Notes: a model not told the origin generated them from the sequence alone. 64,000 nt of DNA from Burkholderiales bacterium (GCA_049802235.1 JBARMB010000107.1:103874-167873); one strand, 5' to 3'; positions 1 through 13,416 are shown, counted from the first letter of the stretch. Numbers and translations: made by a program.

Positions 1-458
1 TCGACAGGTCGGGCAATCCCAGGACGCTGGAGTTCAACTGCCGCCTCGGCGACCCCGAAGCGCAGCCGATATTGCTGCGCCTGAAAAGCGATCTGCTCGA
101 ACTGATCGAGCACGCGGTGGACGGCAGGCTCGACCGCGTCGAGGCCGAGTGGGATCGCCGCGCCGCGCTCGGCGTGGTGCTGGCGGCCGCGGGTTATCCC
201 GAGGCGCCGAAAAAGGGTGATGTCATCACCGGCCTTCCCGCCGCGGGGGAAGATTTCCGCGTGTTTCACGCCGGCACCGCACTCAAGGACGGCAAAGTCG
301 TCACCAGCGGCGGCCGGGTGCTGTGCGTAACCGCCCTCGGAGACTCGATCAAGATGGCACAGCGGCGCGCCTACCAGGCGCTGGAGGGCATCCGCTTCGA
401 CGGCATGCAGTATCGCCGTGACATCGGCCATCGCGCCATTGCGGCGAGAAAGCATTGA
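1..458 (+). CDS. purD: phosphoribosylamine--glycine ligase, C-terminal part (5' end lies outside the window)
   Basis: The reading frame is open to the window edge. The C-terminal sequence ([46 protein letters not shown]) is typical of the PurD C-domain. Its stop overlaps the next gene's start. Confidence 0.85.
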   Translation, partial: DRSGNPRTLEFNCRLGDPEAQPILLRLKSDLLELIEHAVDGRLDRVEAEWDRRAALGVVLAAAGYPEAPKKGDVITGLPAAGEDFRVFHAGTALKDGKVVTSGGRVLCVTALGDSIKMAQRRAYQALEGIRFDGMQYRRDIGHRAIAARKH

Positions 459-1393
459 CGCAAGAACGCGAAGATTTGCGTGTGAATCCCGATAGCGTCA
501 AATCCTATCTGCTCGAATTGCAGAATCGCATCGTTGCCGCGCTCGAGCAGCTCGACGGCAGCGCGTTCCGTCGCGACCGCTGGGAGCGGCCCGGGGGCGG
601 CGGCGGGGAGAGCCGCATCATCGAGGAAGGCGGGCTGTTCGAGCGCGGCGGGGTCAATTTCTCGCATGTCTCCGGCGAGCAGCTGCCGCCCTCGGCGAGC
701 GCCGCGCGCCCCGAGCTCGCCGGCCGCGGCTTCGAGGCCATGGGCGTGTCGCTGGTGCTGCATCCGCGCAATCCCTACGTACCGACCGTGCACATGAACG
801 TGCGCTTCCTTGTCGCGACCAAGGCGGCGAGCGATCCCGTATGGTGGTTCGGCGGCGGCATGGACCTGACGCCCTGCTATGGCTTCGAGGAAGACGCGCG
901 GCATTTTCACGCCGCGTGCAGGCACGCTCTCGAGCCTTTCGGCGCCGACTGCCACCCGCGCTTCAAGCGCTGGTGCGACGAGTATTTTTTTCTCAGGCAC
1001 CGCGGCGAGCCGCGCGGCGTCGGCGGCATTTTCTTCGACGATCTGAACGAGCGCGGATTCGACCACTGCTTCGCGCTCCTGCGCAGCGTCGGCGACCACT
1101 TCCTGCCCGCCTACGCGCCCATCGTCGCGCGCCGCCGCGACGCGCGTTACGGCGAGCGCGAGCGCGATTTCCAGGCGTACCGCCGCGGACGCTACGTCGA
1201 ATTCAACCTCGTCTATGACCGCGGCACCCTGTTCGGCTTGCAATCCGGCGGCCGCGTCGAGTCGATCCTGATGTCGCTTCCGCCGCTGGTGAAATGGCGC
1301 TACGACTGGAAGCCCGAGCCGGGCAGTCCGGAGGATCGGCTGGTGCGCGAATTCCTGCGTCCGAGAGACTGGCTCGGGGAGCCTGATATTTAG
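455..1393 (+). CDS. hemF: oxygen-dependent coproporphyrinogen-III oxidase
   Basis: 312-aa ORF carrying [13 protein letters not shown] and [11 protein letters not shown] motifs characteristic of HemF. The TTG start overlaps the purD stop. Confidence 0.9.
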   Translation: MTQEREDLRVNPDSVKSYLLELQNRIVAALEQLDGSAFRRDRWERPGGGGGESRIIEEGGLFERGGVNFSHVSGEQLPPSASAARPELAGRGFEAMGVSLVLHPRNPYVPTVHMNVRFLVATKAASDPVWWFGGGMDLTPCYGFEEDARHFHAACRHALEPFGADCHPRFKRWCDEYFFLRHRGEPRGVGGIFFDDLNERGFDHCFALLRSVGDHFLPAYAPIVARRRDARYGERERDFQAYRRGRYVEFNLVYDRGTLFGLQSGGRVESILMSLPPLVKWRYDWKPEPGSPEDRLVREFLRPRDWLGEPDI

Positions 1394-1481
1394 CACAACC
1401 TCTTTCTTGTATTACGCGCCGGCACGCGGCCGGCGACCTTGGCATCATCTGAACGCAATCACCAGCAACGGAGGGGAAAAA

Positions 1482-2471
1482 ATGAAAACGCGCAAGCTTG
1501 GAAAGAACGGACCATCGGTATCGGCGCTCGGCCTGGGATGCATGGGAATGACGATCGCCTACGGCGAACCGAACGATCCCGAATCGATCGCCACCATTCA
1601 CCGCGCCATCGATCTCGGCATCGGCCTGATCGTCACTTCCGATGCCTACGGCAACGGCGTCAACGAAGATCTGGTCGGGCGCGCGATCAAGGGCAGACGC
1701 GACCGGGCGCTGATCGCCACCAAGTTCGGCAATCTCGGGCTGGGAGGCAAGGTGCCGGAGGGGCTATCCGGCGGCCATCCCCGCTATGTGTCGCTGGCGT
1801 GCGACGCATCGCTCAAGCGCCTCGGAGTCGATGTGATCGACATTTACGGATTGCATCGCGTCGATCCCAAGGTGCCGATCGAGGACACGGTCGGCGCGAT
1901 GAAAAAGCTCATCGAGCAGGGCAAGGTGCGCTATCTCGCGCTCTCCGAAGCCGGTCCGCAGACCCTTCGGCGCGCACACAAGGTGCACCCGATCGCGGCG
2001 CTCGAAACCGAATACTCGCTGTGGTCCCGCGACGTCGAAAGAGAAATACTTCCCGCCTGCCGCGAGCTCGGCATCGGCTTCATGGCGTATTCGCCGCTCG
2101 GACGCGGCTTTCTCACCGCCACCATCAAGACGCTCGACGCCTTGCTGCCGACGGACCGCCGCCGCGACCATCCCCGCTTCAATCCGGAAAATCTCAGGCG
2201 CAATGTCGAGTTGCTGCAGCCGCTCGAGAGCGTCGCCGCCGCGCACAAGTGCACGCCGGCGCAGATAGCGCTGGCGTGGGTGCTGGCGCAGGGCGAGGAC
2301 ATCGTGCCGATCCCCGGCACCAAGCGGCGCAGTTATCTCGAGCAGAATGCCGCAGCGGCCGACATCCGGCTCACGGCCGCCGAAATCGCGCAGCTCGCGC
2401 AGGCGTTCCCGCCCGGTGTCCCCGCCGGCACGCGCTATCCCGAGAAGCAGTTGGGTGGGCTCGGCATCTGA
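1482..2471 (+). CDS. aldo/keto reductase family oxidoreductase
   Basis: The N-terminus [23 protein letters not shown], the [12 protein letters not shown] motif and the C-terminal IPGTKR...LEQN motif fit the AKR family. ATG 1482 is preferred over the 25-codon upstream extension in the ORF track. Confidence 0.85.
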   Translation: MKTRKLGKNGPSVSALGLGCMGMTIAYGEPNDPESIATIHRAIDLGIGLIVTSDAYGNGVNEDLVGRAIKGRRDRALIATKFGNLGLGGKVPEGLSGGHPRYVSLACDASLKRLGVDVIDIYGLHRVDPKVPIEDTVGAMKKLIEQGKVRYLALSEAGPQTLRRAHKVHPIAALETEYSLWSRDVEREILPACRELGIGFMAYSPLGRGFLTATIKTLDALLPTDRRRDHPRFNPENLRRNVELLQPLESVAAAHKCTPAQIALAWVLAQGEDIVPIPGTKRRSYLEQNAAAADIRLTAAEIAQLAQAFPPGVPAGTRYPEKQLGGLGI

Positions 2472-2552
2472 CGCCGGGTCAGTTGCTTTGCGGAGAAAGA
2501 AGAGTTTCGCGAGGCCGGATTTCGCCACAGCACCGCGAATGCGCGCGCTCCT

Positions 2553-3743
2553 TCAGCGCCCGGCCTGCGGCGCCACACCGGCATTGGCGCTGGCGCGAAA
2601 ATGCCGGTTTGCGTCCTCGGTGCGGCCGATGCGGTCGAACAGGTTCGCCAGCGCCACATGCACCGCCTGCGTCGGCTGCACGGCGAGGCTCGCTTCGAGA
2701 TAGCTCTGCGCCTTTCCCCACAGCTCGCGCTGGGCGCACAGCCGGCCCAGGGTAAGCAGCAGCCCGGCGTCGTCGGGACGCTCTCGCAGCCAGCGCTCGG
2801 CGCGCTCGATCCGATCGAGCGCATCGGCGTCGGTGCATTCGCCGTAAAGCAGGACAAGCTCGCCGTGCCACTCCCGCTCCAGCGCCTCCCCGATGAGCCG
2901 GTGCGCCGTGCGGCAGTCGCCGAGCTGCATGAAGGCGCGCGCCGCGGCCGCCGCCACCTTGGGATGAGTGCGCTCGGGCTCCGGAACTTCGCGCCAGTGC
3001 CGGGCGAGGTCGGCCGGATCGTGGGTCTTGCGCGACAGCAGCGCGATGTTCGCGTTGACACGGATGCCCTCGATCGCCTCAGGCGGCATGGCGGCACGCT
3101 TCTCCAGCAGTTTCGCGAGGCGGATCACTTCGCTCCAGTTCCCCAGGCCCTGCTCCGCGCGCAACAGCAGGGTCAGCGTGGCGATGTGCTTGGGGCCGCT
3201 TGCGTGCAGCTCACGCAACACCATGCGCGCTTCATCGAAGCGCCGCTCCTCGAGCAGGAGTTCCGCCATGACCACCTGACGCGCCAGGCGCCAGTCGCCG
3301 TCGTCTTCTTTCGCGCGCTCGAGCCACTGGTCGCGCCGCTTAAAATCGCGCATGCGTTGCGCCGCGCGCGCCGCGATCAGGCTGGCAAGCGCCGGGGCGA
3401 CCTTGAGCTCGCGCGCCCGGGAAGCGAGCTTTTCGGCGCGGCCGAAGCGGCCCTCGAACAACGCCTGGATGGCGCCGAGGACCGCGACGCGTCCTTTGCT
3501 CTCATGCTGGCGAGCGTGGAAAGCGCGCACGTGCGAGGGCAGCCGCAGCGTATGCGACACCGCTCTGACGATCAGGTACCCCGCGCCGAAGGCGGCGAGC
3601 AGCAGGATCGCGAGCAGGTTAAGCGAAATTTCGACGCGCCAGGGATGCAGCACGAACAGGGCGTAGCCGTCGTTGGCCCGCATCGCAAGCGACAACGCCA
3701 CTGCAAGCGCAAATGCGGCCAGCAGCCACAGCAGCCCTCTCAC
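2553..3743 (-). CDS. hemY: HemY-like membrane protein with TPR-like repeats
   Basis: 396 aa with two N-terminal TM helices followed by helical repeat sequence. It is the last gene of a hemC-hemD-hemX-hemY run and overlaps the hemX stop by 4 bp. Confidence 0.75.
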   Translation of the reverse strand: MRGLLWLLAAFALAVALSLAMRANDGYALFVLHPWRVEISLNLLAILLLAAFGAGYLIVRAVSHTLRLPSHVRAFHARQHESKGRVAVLGAIQALFEGRFGRAEKLASRARELKVAPALASLIAARAAQRMRDFKRRDQWLERAKEDDGDWRLARQVVMAELLLEERRFDEARMVLRELHASGPKHIATLTLLLRAEQGLGNWSEVIRLAKLLEKRAAMPPEAIEGIRVNANIALLSRKTHDPADLARHWREVPEPERTHPKVAAAAARAFMQLGDCRTAHRLIGEALEREWHGELVLLYGECTDADALDRIERAERWLRERPDDAGLLLTLGRLCAQRELWGKAQSYLEASLAVQPTQAVHVALANLFDRIGRTEDANRHFRASANAGVAPQAGR

Positions 3744-4783
3744 CGCGCCGCCCCGCCCCGGGACGACACCTTGTAGTTGCGTACGGCCGCAAGGCTGTCG
3801 CCGATCGTCGGCAGCGCCATGCTGATGCCGCTCGACCCGATCTGCTTCAGGCCGGCGATTGCCGCCGCAGCGGCGCCGGCGCGGGTGTCGAAATAGCGCT
3901 CGATCCAGCTCGTGGCCGTCTTGATGTCATTGCGGAAGGTGGCTTCGTCGCGCGCGAGAAGCGCAAGCCGCGCATTGAGCAGGCGCAGTTTCAGGTTCTC
4001 GCGCAGGAAAAACACCTGCGACGGCGCGAGCAGCGCCGGCTCCGCGCGCTCGACATTCTCCACCCGCACCAGTTGCCCGAGCTCCGCCATCAGTTCCGCG
4101 CCGAACCGCCTCCAGAATCCTTCCTGCGCCCCCACTCTCGCGGACTCGGCGCTTGCCTGCGGCCGCGCATCCTGCGCCAGCGGCAGGGAGTCGATGCTCG
4201 CGATTGCCTGGTCGAGTCTCACGGCGAGTCCGGCGATGTCGAGATTCGGCGTGGTCTTGAGCCGCTCGATGTCCCGCGCCAGCACCTTGCGCAACGGCGC
4301 GAACTGGGGGCGGTTGGAACGCGCAAGCCTGGCATCGGCAGTCTGCAGCGCGACCAGCGCCGCCTGGACATTGCCGGCGAGCTGCAGTTGCTGCGAGGCG
4401 ATAGTGAGGATCTGATCGACCTCGGCAAGCACCCATTCGTCGCGGCCGCGCGAAAGCTCCTGATAGAGCGCCTCGAGCGCGACCTGCTGGTTCTGCGACT
4501 CGGCGAGCTTCAGCTCCAGCTGCGACAGCTTCGCCTGCGCCTCGCGCAGCCCTTCCTGCGACTGCCTCGCCACCAGGCGGGCGTCGCGGCTTTCGGCGTC
4601 GCTGTCACGCAACCGCCGCGCAAGCTCCTCGCGCAGCTGCCCCATTTCGGCGCGGCTGTCGTACCACTGCCACGCAAGCAACAACGCCAGGGCGGCAAGC
4701 GCGATGGTGACCGGTGAGGTCAACCACGCCGCACGCTTCAATCGGCGCGGGGCTTCGGCTGGGCGGGGTGTAGTGTCTTCCAT
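3740..4783 (-). CDS. hemX: HemX-like membrane-anchored protein
   Basis: ATG at 4783 (MEDTTPRP...). One TM anchor (WLTSPVTIALAALALLLAW) is followed by a long Q/A/L/R/E-rich coiled-coil-like region. The position between hemD and hemY supports the call. Confidence 0.7.
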   Translation of the reverse strand: MEDTTPRPAEAPRRLKRAAWLTSPVTIALAALALLLAWQWYDSRAEMGQLREELARRLRDSDAESRDARLVARQSQEGLREAQAKLSQLELKLAESQNQQVALEALYQELSRGRDEWVLAEVDQILTIASQQLQLAGNVQAALVALQTADARLARSNRPQFAPLRKVLARDIERLKTTPNLDIAGLAVRLDQAIASIDSLPLAQDARPQASAESARVGAQEGFWRRFGAELMAELGQLVRVENVERAEPALLAPSQVFFLRENLKLRLLNARLALLARDEATFRNDIKTATSWIERYFDTRAGAAAAAIAGLKQIGSSGISMALPTIGDSLAAVRNYKVSSRGGAAR

Positions 4784-4805
4784 GGGGGAAATGTTCAGGG
4801 TGCGG

Positions 4806-5579
4806 TCATACTTTAACAAAAAAAGCCGCCATCTCCGCGACGGTTTGCTCATCCCCGGACCCGGCGACGATGACTTCACGCAGGCCGAGACTGGCGGCGG
4901 CCTCGGCCACGCGCCGATGCGGGACGAACACCGGCGTTGCACAAAGATAATCCTTCCCCGCCGGCCCGAGCACCTCGAGGAAATTCGTCAGCCCTTCGGC
5001 GCTGGTAATGGACACCGCTGCGACTTCGCCTCGCCGCCAGCGCGCCAGCAGCGGCCCGCTGTCGGCGCTCGGCCGGGCGCGCCGGTAGCATTCAGCATAG
5101 TCCACGCGCGCGCCGCGCGCTTCGAGCGCCGCGCGCAACCATTCGCGCCCGCCCTGGCCGCGAAAAATGACCACCGATTTGCCGCGCAGGTCCTGCAGCT
5201 CGGGCAATGCCGCGAGCGCTTCGCTGTCGGCCCTTCCCTCGGGGGCGATGACGGAGTCGAAGCCCAGGTGCCTGAGCATCGCGGCGGTGCCGGCACCGAC
5301 GGCTGCGACGCGCAGGTCCTTCGGCCAGGCACGTTCCGCCGTCACCGCTGCGTACCCTTTCACCGCCGCCGTCTGGCTGATGAAAATTGCGAGCTGGAAC
5401 CGATCCAGGCCGGAAACGAGGCTCAGAAGCGCGTCGGAATCGTCGGGAGGCAGTATCTCGATCGCGGGAAACACGATCGGCTCGCCGCCGGCGGCGCGGA
5501 TCCGCTCCGCGAGTCCCGCAGCATGCTCGCGCGGCCGGGTGATGACGATGCCGCGGCCGGAGAGCGGGCCCACCGTCAT
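4806..5579 (-). CDS. hemD: uroporphyrinogen-III synthase
   Basis: The 257-aa C-terminal portion of the 547-aa run-on ORF starts [16 protein letters not shown]. It has an ATGA overlap with the hemC stop. Size and context fit HemD. Confidence 0.8.
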   Translation of the reverse strand: MTVGPLSGRGIVITRPREHAAGLAERIRAAGGEPIVFPAIEILPPDDSDALLSLVSGLDRFQLAIFISQTAAVKGYAAVTAERAWPKDLRVAAVGAGTAAMLRHLGFDSVIAPEGRADSEALAALPELQDLRGKSVVIFRGQGGREWLRAALEARGARVDYAECYRRARPSADSGPLLARWRRGEVAAVSITSAEGLTNFLEVLGPAGKDYLCATPVFVPHRRVAEAAASLGLREVIVAGSGDEQTVAEMAAFFVKV

Positions 5580-6505
5580 GACAGGGCGGCGAGGATCGCG
5601 TCGGCGCCGCGCTCGCGCAATTTTGCCGCGAGCGCCTCGCCCAGGCTCTCGGGCGCACCCGCGGCGCCGCGCGCTTCCGCACGCACGACGCTGCGGCCAT
5701 CGGGCATCGCCACCAGGCCGCGCAGATGAATCTCGCCGCCCGCCGCCACTGCGTAGGCGGCAAGCGGTAACTGGCAGCTCCCGGACAGGGCGCGGGAGAG
5801 CGCGCGCTCGGCGCGCACGCACGCCGCAGTGCCGGCATCGTCGAGCGGCATAAGCCATCGATGCAGCTCGCCGCGCTCTTCGCGGCACTCGATCGCAAGC
5901 GCTCCCTGCCCCGGCGCCGGCAGGCTCTGCTCGGGTTCGATCATGGCGCGGATGCGTCCCTCCAGGCCCAGCCGCTTCAGCCCCGCGGCTGCGAGCACGA
6001 TCGCCTGGTAATCGCCGCGATCGAGCTTGGCGAGGCGCGTGTCGAGATTGCCGCGCAGGGGCGCCACCTCGAGCCCCGGGTAACGTTCGCGCAGCTGCGC
6101 TTCGCGCCGCAGGCTCGAGGTGCCGACGATGCTCCCCGCCGGCAGCACGTCGAGACCGGCATGGTCGTTCGAGACGACGCAGTCGCGCGGATCCTCTCTC
6201 GTCGTGGTGGCCGCCAGGCAAAACCCGCGCGGCAACTGCATCGGCACGTCCTTCGCGGAATGCACGGCGAGATCGGCGCGGCCCTCCTCCAGCGCAGTCT
6301 CGAGCTCCTTGACGAACAGGCCCTTGCCGCCGATTTTCGCCAGCGACTGATCGAGGATCCGGTCGCCGCGCGTGGTGATGCCGAGAATGCTGACCTCGCA
6401 GTGCGGGTACAGCCGCCGCAGCTCGCTCGCCACGTGCTCGGACTGCCACAACGCGAGCCGGCTCTGGCGCGAGGCGATCACGAGTCTTTCAGGGGCATTA
6501 TTCAC
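5576..6505 (-). CDS. hemC: hydroxymethylbilane synthase (porphobilinogen deaminase)
   Basis: 309 aa with [16 protein letters not shown] and [13 protein letters not shown] motifs. Confidence 0.92.
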   Translation of the reverse strand: MNNAPERLVIASRQSRLALWQSEHVASELRRLYPHCEVSILGITTRGDRILDQSLAKIGGKGLFVKELETALEEGRADLAVHSAKDVPMQLPRGFCLAATTTREDPRDCVVSNDHAGLDVLPAGSIVGTSSLRREAQLRERYPGLEVAPLRGNLDTRLAKLDRGDYQAIVLAAAGLKRLGLEGRIRAMIEPEQSLPAPGQGALAIECREERGELHRWLMPLDDAGTAACVRAERALSRALSGSCQLPLAAYAVAAGGEIHLRGLVAMPDGRSVVRAEARGAAGAPESLGEALAAKLRERGADAILAALS

Positions 6506-6515
6506 AGTACGTTGC

Positions 6516-7268
6516 TCATTTCGCCAGCACTTTCACGTGCCCCCACTGCCGGCGGCTCACCGGCAGCCTCTCCTCCCGGCCTTCCAGTACCACCGACCAG
6601 CCGGCTTCGCCCTCGGTCTCGACGCCGCGCTCGAAGCCCCGGATCAGCCTGCGCGCCACCAGGCAGTTGCGGTGGATGCGCACGAATATGCCGGCGAACT
6701 CCTGCTCCAGTTGCGCCAGCGATTCTTCGAGCAGGTGTTCGCGTTCGCGGGTGCGGATGGTGACGTACTTCTGCTCGGCCTTGAGGTAGATCACCTCGGT
6801 CACCGGCACCAGGGTCACGCGCCCGCGCTCGGCGACGCTCAGGAAGCGCCGCGGATCGGGATCGATGCGCTCGAGCACGCTGCGTTCCACGCGCGCCCCG
6901 TTCGCCGCTTTCTTCAGCGCCAAAAGCAGGCGCGCCGCGCGCACCGGCTTCAACAGGTAGTCGACTGCGTTTACCTCGAACGCCTGCACCGCGTATTGGT
7001 CGTACGCCGTGACGAAGATCACCGCCGGCGGCCGCTCCAGCACCTGCAGGTGCCGGGCGAATTCGATGCCGCTCATGCCCGGCATGTGGATATCCACGAG
7101 CGCGAGCTCCGCGTCCGCGGCGGGGACGAGCTCGAGCCCCTCGATCCCGTTTTCCGCCTCGCCGGCAACCGCCAGCGGCAGCTCCGCGCGGCAATCATCG
7201 AGCAGCTCGCGCAGGCGATTGCGCGCCGGCCGCTCGTCGTCGATGATCACCACGCGCAGCGGCGTCAT
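6516..7268 (-). CDS. algR: LytR/AlgR-family response regulator (receiver plus LytTR domain)
   Basis: An N-terminal receiver (VVIIDDE ... [12 protein letters not shown]) is followed by a C-terminal LytTR-type domain. The synteny algZ-algR-hemC-hemD with divergent argH matches Pseudomonas. Confidence 0.8.
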   Translation of the reverse strand: MTPLRVVIIDDERPARNRLRELLDDCRAELPLAVAGEAENGIEGLELVPAADAELALVDIHMPGMSGIEFARHLQVLERPPAVIFVTAYDQYAVQAFEVNAVDYLLKPVRAARLLLALKKAANGARVERSVLERIDPDPRRFLSVAERGRVTLVPVTEVIYLKAEQKYVTIRTREREHLLEESLAQLEQEFAGIFVRIHRNCLVARRLIRGFERGVETEGEAGWSVVLEGREERLPVSRRQWGHVKVLAK

Positions 7269-8299
7269 GGCGCGGCGCGGTACGGCATGACAATATCGAT
7301 CTCGTAACGGCCGCCTGCGACGCGGGTATCGAGGCTCGCTTCGGCGTCGAAATGCAGCTGCAGCCGCTCGCGGATATTGGCGAGCGCCATGCGGTTGCCC
7401 TGGCGGTGCTGGTGCTCTTCGTGATAGGGATTGGAGAGCCGCAGCCGCAGCCGATCGTCCTGGCGCGCGATGCGGATCTCGATGACGCCCGGGGCGAGCC
7501 CCGGCTCGATGCCGTGATAGACGGCGTTCTCCACCAGCGGCTGCAGCAGCATCGGCGGCACGAGGGCCCGTTCCGCCGCCGGCTCAAGCTGCCATTCGAC
7601 TTGCAGCCGCTCCCCCAGGCGCAACTGCTCGAGGTTGAGGTACTGGCGGCACAGCGACACCTCCTGGTGCAACACCGCCAGTTCCCGGGTGTCGGCCATG
7701 ACCGTGCGGAACAGCTCGGCGAGATCCTCCATGGCGGCCTCCGCGCGCCTGGGATCGCTGCGGATCAGCGACAGCACGGCGGTCAGGCTGTTGAACAGGA
7801 AATGCGGGCGGATGCGCGCCTGCAGCGCCTGCAGCCGCGCCTCGGCGAGCGCCGGGGAGAAGGCGCGGTTGCGCAGATGGAAATACGAGGCAAGCAGAGC
7901 GGTGGCAAGCCACGCATAACTGACGCCCCACGCCAGATCGCGCCAGCCGCCGCCCTCGCCGAGCAGCTGCTGCAGCGGCAGCAGCGCCGCGGTCGTGGCG
8001 GCTACCGCAGCGAAGACGCACAGCAGCCCGAAGCGGTATTCGAGCCGGCCAAGCAGCCGCGAAAACACGTAAAGCACGATCAGGTTCGCGAGCAACGCCA
8101 TCTCGAGCCAGCCGGCGATCTCCATCAGCTTTCCCGGCAATTCGGCCAGCTCGCGCGAGCGCGCCAGCGCGACCAGCAACGCCGCGGCATTGACTGCGAG
8201 CAGGATGCGCGACATCACGCCCAGATTGCGGAAATCCGGTAGGGCGTCAGAGCTGTCGTTTTGCCTTATACTTTCTGAATTGCGCGCCAACAATGTCAA
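7265..8299 (-). CDS. algZ: AlgZ/FimS (LytS-type) sensor histidine kinase
   Basis: It has a multi-TM N-terminal half preceded by LPDFRNLGV, an HFLFNSLT H-box region, and a C-terminal ATPase part ([13 protein letters not shown]). It overlaps algR by 4 bp. The start is uncertain: candidates are TTG at 8299, 8293 or 8290, GTG at 8218, or ATG at 8215. The ORF-track start at 8428 would run into the argH start. Confidence 0.7.
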   Translation of the reverse strand: MTLLARNSESIRQNDSSDALPDFRNLGVMSRILLAVNAAALLVALARSRELAELPGKLMEIAGWLEMALLANLIVLYVFSRLLGRLEYRFGLLCVFAAVAATTAALLPLQQLLGEGGGWRDLAWGVSYAWLATALLASYFHLRNRAFSPALAEARLQALQARIRPHFLFNSLTAVLSLIRSDPRRAEAAMEDLAELFRTVMADTRELAVLHQEVSLCRQYLNLEQLRLGERLQVEWQLEPAAERALVPPMLLQPLVENAVYHGIEPGLAPGVIEIRIARQDDRLRLRLSNPYHEEHQHRQGNRMALANIRERLQLHFDAEASLDTRVAGGRYEIDIVMPYRAAP

Positions 8300-8354
8300 T
8301 GCTCCCGGGGAATATCCGGTGCACGCGACGAAAACGGCTATTTTACAGTCAACC

Positions 8355-9752
8355 ATGGCAGCCAAGCCGAAATCCGGAAACGAGGCATGGTCGGGGCGTT
8401 TTGCCGAACCGGTGTCTGAAAGGGTCAAGCGCTACACCGCCTCGATCGGGTTCGACCGGCGCCTGGCGCAATACGATATTCGCGGCTCGACAGCGCATGC
8501 GCGCATGCTTCACGCCGTCGGCATCCTGTCCGCCGCGGACTTGGCGACGATCGAGCGCGGACTGTCGAGAATCTCGAAGGAGATCGAAACCGGCCGATTC
8601 GAATGGTCGCTCGACGCCGAGGACGTGCATCTCAACATCGAGCGGCGGCTGATCGCGCTTGCCGGCGACGCCGGCAAGCGCCTGCACACTGCGCGCTCAC
8701 GCAACGACCAGGTCGCAACCGACGTGCGGCTATGGCTGCGGGATGCCATCGACGAGCTGACGGGCCTGCTGCGCGACCTGCAATCGCGCCTGCTCGACCA
8801 GGCGGAAAAACACGCGGCAACCGTGATGCCGGGGTTCACGCATTTGCAGGTGGCGCAGCCGGTGACCTTCGGCCATCATCTCATGGCCTATTTCGAGATG
8901 CTCGATCGCGACCGCCAGCGCCTTGCCGACTGCCGTCGGCGCGCGAACCGGTTGCCGCTCGGCGCCGCGGCGCTTGCCGGCACCTCGTTTCCGATCGACC
9001 GCAAACGCGTAGCGCGCGAGCTCGGCTTCGAGGGCCTCTGCGAGAACTCGCTCGACGCCGTGTCCGACCGCGACTTCGCCATCGAATTTTGCGCCTGCGC
9101 GGCAATCGCCATGGTGCACCTGTCGCGGCTGTGCGAAGAGCTGATCCTCTGGGTCAACCCCCTGTTCGGCTTTATCGCCTTGCCGGACCGCTTCTGCACC
9201 GGTTCGTCGATCATGCCGCAGAAGAAGAATCCTGATGTCCCCGAGCTCGCGCGCGGCAAGACCGGCAGGGTCATCGGCAGCCTGGTGGCGCTGCTCACAC
9301 TCATGAAGGCGCAGCCGCTCGCCTACAACAAGGACAACCAGGAGGACAAGGAGCCGCTGTTCGATGCGGCCGACACGCTGCGCGACACGCTCGCCGTGTT
9401 CGCCGAACTCGTCGCCGGCATCCGGGTGAACGCCAAGACCATGCGCGAGGCTGCGCGGTCAGGCTTCTCCACCGCGACCGACCTCGCCGACTATCTGGTG
9501 AGGAAGGGGCTGGCGTTTCGAGACGCCCACGAGGCCGTGGCGCGCACGGTGCGCTTCGCCGAAGGCGCGGGCCGCGACCTGTCGCAGCTCAAGCTCGCCG
9601 AGCTGCGCCGCTTTTCTCCCAAGGTGACAGCCGACGTGTTCCGCGTGCTCTCGCTCGAAGGTTCGGCAGCGAGCCGCAAGCACATCGGGGGCACGGCTCC
9701 GGCTCGGGTGCGCGCGGCAGTGAAGCGCGCCCGCAGGATTCTTGCAAGCTGA
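8355..9752 (+). CDS. argH: argininosuccinate lyase
   Basis: ATG 8355 ([16 protein letters not shown]...). The fumarate-lyase signature [12 protein letters not shown] is present. Confidence 0.92.
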   Translation: MAAKPKSGNEAWSGRFAEPVSERVKRYTASIGFDRRLAQYDIRGSTAHARMLHAVGILSAADLATIERGLSRISKEIETGRFEWSLDAEDVHLNIERRLIALAGDAGKRLHTARSRNDQVATDVRLWLRDAIDELTGLLRDLQSRLLDQAEKHAATVMPGFTHLQVAQPVTFGHHLMAYFEMLDRDRQRLADCRRRANRLPLGAAALAGTSFPIDRKRVARELGFEGLCENSLDAVSDRDFAIEFCACAAIAMVHLSRLCEELILWVNPLFGFIALPDRFCTGSSIMPQKKNPDVPELARGKTGRVIGSLVALLTLMKAQPLAYNKDNQEDKEPLFDAADTLRDTLAVFAELVAGIRVNAKTMREAARSGFSTATDLADYLVRKGLAFRDAHEAVARTVRFAEGAGRDLSQLKLAELRRFSPKVTADVFRVLSLEGSAASRKHIGGTAPARVRAAVKRARRILAS

Positions 9753-9859
9753 CCCGATGGCATAATCTGCGAAAGCAGCGCGTTGGAGCGGACGGCAAGG
9801 AGGGATCAAGCCTCCCCCGCGTCACCCGAGGGCCGCCGCTCAACGCGCCCCACGCGAAC

Positions 9860-11137
<1,278 letters not shown>

Positions 11138-11197
11138 CCCCCTTGTCAAGGGCGATGCCGCGCCAGCGGCGGAGGACCTTGAAAATCGCTGCACCCC

Positions 11198-12085
11198 ATG
11201 TCACCGGTTGAACTCCGATCTGCGATTGAGGCCGCGATTTCGGACGCGACCGGCAGCCGCTTTCGCATCGAACGCATGCTCCCGGCACCGGGAGGCTGTA
11301 TTCACCGCTCCTTCGTCGTCGAAGGGGGCGACGAGCGATTTTTCGTCAAGACCAACGACGCCGGGTTCGCCGATGCGTTCGCGGCCGAAGCCGACGGACT
11401 AGCGGCGCTGATCGCAGCCGGCGCGCCCGCGCCGCGGCCGATCTGCCACGGCGGCGATGAGCGGCATGCCTGGCTCGCAATGCAGTTCCTGCCGCTCGGC
11501 GGCGCCGGCGATTTCGCGGTGCTCGGGCGAGTGCTCGCGGCACTGCATTCGACGCATGGCGAGCGCCATGGCTGGCACCGGGACAACCATATCGGCGCGA
11601 CGCCCCAGCGCAACGCCTATTCGGAATCTTGGAGCGGCTTCTGGCGCAATCAGCGGCTGCTGCCGCAGCTCGAGCTGGCCAGGAAGAACGGCCTTGGGAA
11701 GCGCCTGGCGGAAAAAGGCGGGAAACTCGTCGCGGCATTGCCGCAACTTCTCGCCGGGCACGAACCGGCCCCATCGTTACTGCACGGCGACCTGTGGAGC
11801 GGCAATGCCGGCTTTCTCGCCGGCGGCGCGCCGGTGCTGTTCGACCCCGCGGTCTATTACGGAGACCGCGAGGCGGACCTGGCGATGACCGAACTCTTCG
11901 GCGGGTTTCCCCGGGCGTTCTATGGCGCCTACCGCGACATCGCGCCGCTCGATGCGGGCTATGCGGCAAGAAAGGCGCTCTACAACCTCTACCACGTGCT
12001 CAACCACGCGAATCTCTTCGGCGGCGGCTACGTGGCGCAGGCTGAAACGATGATCGAACGGCTCCTGGCGGAAATCAAAAGCTGA
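11198..12085 (+). CDS. fructosamine/ketosamine kinase family protein
   Basis: 295 aa with LLHGDLWSGN and DPAVYYGDREADLAM motifs of the fructosamine kinase (APH-like) family. Confidence 0.8.
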   Translation: MSPVELRSAIEAAISDATGSRFRIERMLPAPGGCIHRSFVVEGGDERFFVKTNDAGFADAFAAEADGLAALIAAGAPAPRPICHGGDERHAWLAMQFLPLGGAGDFAVLGRVLAALHSTHGERHGWHRDNHIGATPQRNAYSESWSGFWRNQRLLPQLELARKNGLGKRLAEKGGKLVAALPQLLAGHEPAPSLLHGDLWSGNAGFLAGGAPVLFDPAVYYGDREADLAMTELFGGFPRAFYGAYRDIAPLDAGYAARKALYNLYHVLNHANLFGGGYVAQAETMIERLLAEIKS

Positions 12086-12190
12086 AGCACCAAGAGGCCA
12101 AGAACCGCTTTTTTTTGACGTGGGTAGTGCTGAATTAATACCGTGCTGAACAAAAAGGCCCTTCTCGGCGTCTGGGCGGCGAAGAGTTTT

Positions 12191-12505
12191 TTACGCAGTG
12201 CCTCCGAGCAGGCGTTGCAGCTCGCCCGACTGGTACATCTCGCGCATGATATCGGAGCCGCCGACGAACTCGCCTTTTACGTAGAGCTGAGGGATCGTCG
12301 GCCAGTTGGCGAATGCCTTGATGCCCTGGCGGACTTCCGCATCCTCGAGCACGTCGACCGTGAACACTTCCTGCGCGCCGCAAGCCTTCAGTATCTGCAC
12401 CGCGTTGGCGGAAAAACCGCACTGCGGAGACTGCGGCGTGCCCTTCATGTACAGCACGACTGGATGACCGGTGACCTGTTGCCTGATGCGTTGCTGCACG
12501 TCCAT
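12191..12505 (-). CDS. grxD: Grx4-type monothiol glutaredoxin
   Basis: 104 aa with the CGFS active site (PQCGFS), WPTIPQLY and GG.D motifs. Confidence 0.9.
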   Translation of the reverse strand: MDVQQRIRQQVTGHPVVLYMKGTPQSPQCGFSANAVQILKACGAQEVFTVDVLEDAEVRQGIKAFANWPTIPQLYVKGEFVGGSDIMREMYQSGELQRLLGGTA

Positions 12506-12570
12506 GTCTGCCTCCAGAAATAATACCCGATGAAAACCGTCGGGTATTTTACCGTTCGCTTATGGCCCGG

Positions 12571-13401
12571 TCAACCGCGCCGGCGTCCGGCGCCCACGCG
12601 CGGCAGACCGGCGAGATCGGTGAAGTCGTCGATATCCGCGTAGCCGAGCCCGCGCAACAGCGCCATGCAACGCGCTCCCTGGTCGAAACCATGCTCGAAC
12701 AGGAGCCAGCCGCCGGGACGCAGACGGTCTTGCGCCCCCGCAGCGATTTCCCCGATGAATTCCATGCCGTCGTCGCCACCCGCGAGCGCGAGGCGCGGCT
12801 CGAAGCGCACGTCGCCTCGCTCTAGATGCGGATCCTGTCTCGCCACATAGGGCGGGTTGGAGACGATCAGGTCGAACCGCTCCGGACCGAATGCGTCGAA
12901 CCAGTCTCCAAGCACAAAGTCGATCGCGACCCCATGGCGCTGCGCGTTCTCCCGGGCGACGGCGAGCGCGGCGGCGGAAATATCGGTCGCCGTGATCCGA
13001 AGCCCTGATCGCTCATGCGCGAGCGCCAGCGCGACGGCCCCGCTGCCTGTCCCCAGATCGAGGACGCGTCCGGCTCCGCCGGCGGGGATGCGCTCGAGCG
13101 CGAGCTCGACCAGCAGCTCGGTTTCCGGGCGCGGGATCAGCACCTCGGGCGTCACGCGCAGCGCCAGGCCGAAAAATTCGCGCTCGCCGCTGATGTAGGC
13201 GATCGGCTCGCCCGCACGGCGGCGCGCAAACCAGTCCCGAGCTGTACGCAGCCGGGAGGGATCGACCGTTTCTTCCGCGTGGGCGATGAGCCAGGCGCGT
13301 TCGCGCCCGAGAAGAACGCGAAGCAGCAACTGCGCCTCGGACCGCGGCAAGCCGGACTCGCGCAGCAGGCTGCCGATGGTGACGGTCGCGACGGCGCTCA
13401 C
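12571..13401 (-). CDS. prmC: release-factor glutamine N5-methyltransferase
   Basis: SAM site LDLGTGSGA and the NPPY motif are present. It lies directly downstream of prfA. Confidence 0.88.
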   Translation of the reverse strand: MSAVATVTIGSLLRESGLPRSEAQLLLRVLLGRERAWLIAHAEETVDPSRLRTARDWFARRRAGEPIAYISGEREFFGLALRVTPEVLIPRPETELLVELALERIPAGGAGRVLDLGTGSGAVALALAHERSGLRITATDISAAALAVARENAQRHGVAIDFVLGDWFDAFGPERFDLIVSNPPYVARQDPHLERGDVRFEPRLALAGGDDGMEFIGEIAAGAQDRLRPGGWLLFEHGFDQGARCMALLRGLGYADIDDFTDLAGLPRVGAGRRRG

Positions 13402-13416
13402 GCTATGGCCGCAGCC

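Noticed and set aside
12086-12190. T-run (CGCTTTTTTTTGACG) after the fructosamine-kinase gene as an intrinsic terminator
   Set aside because: I could not find a convincing GC stem immediately upstream of the T-run on either strand, so it is not annotated as a terminator.
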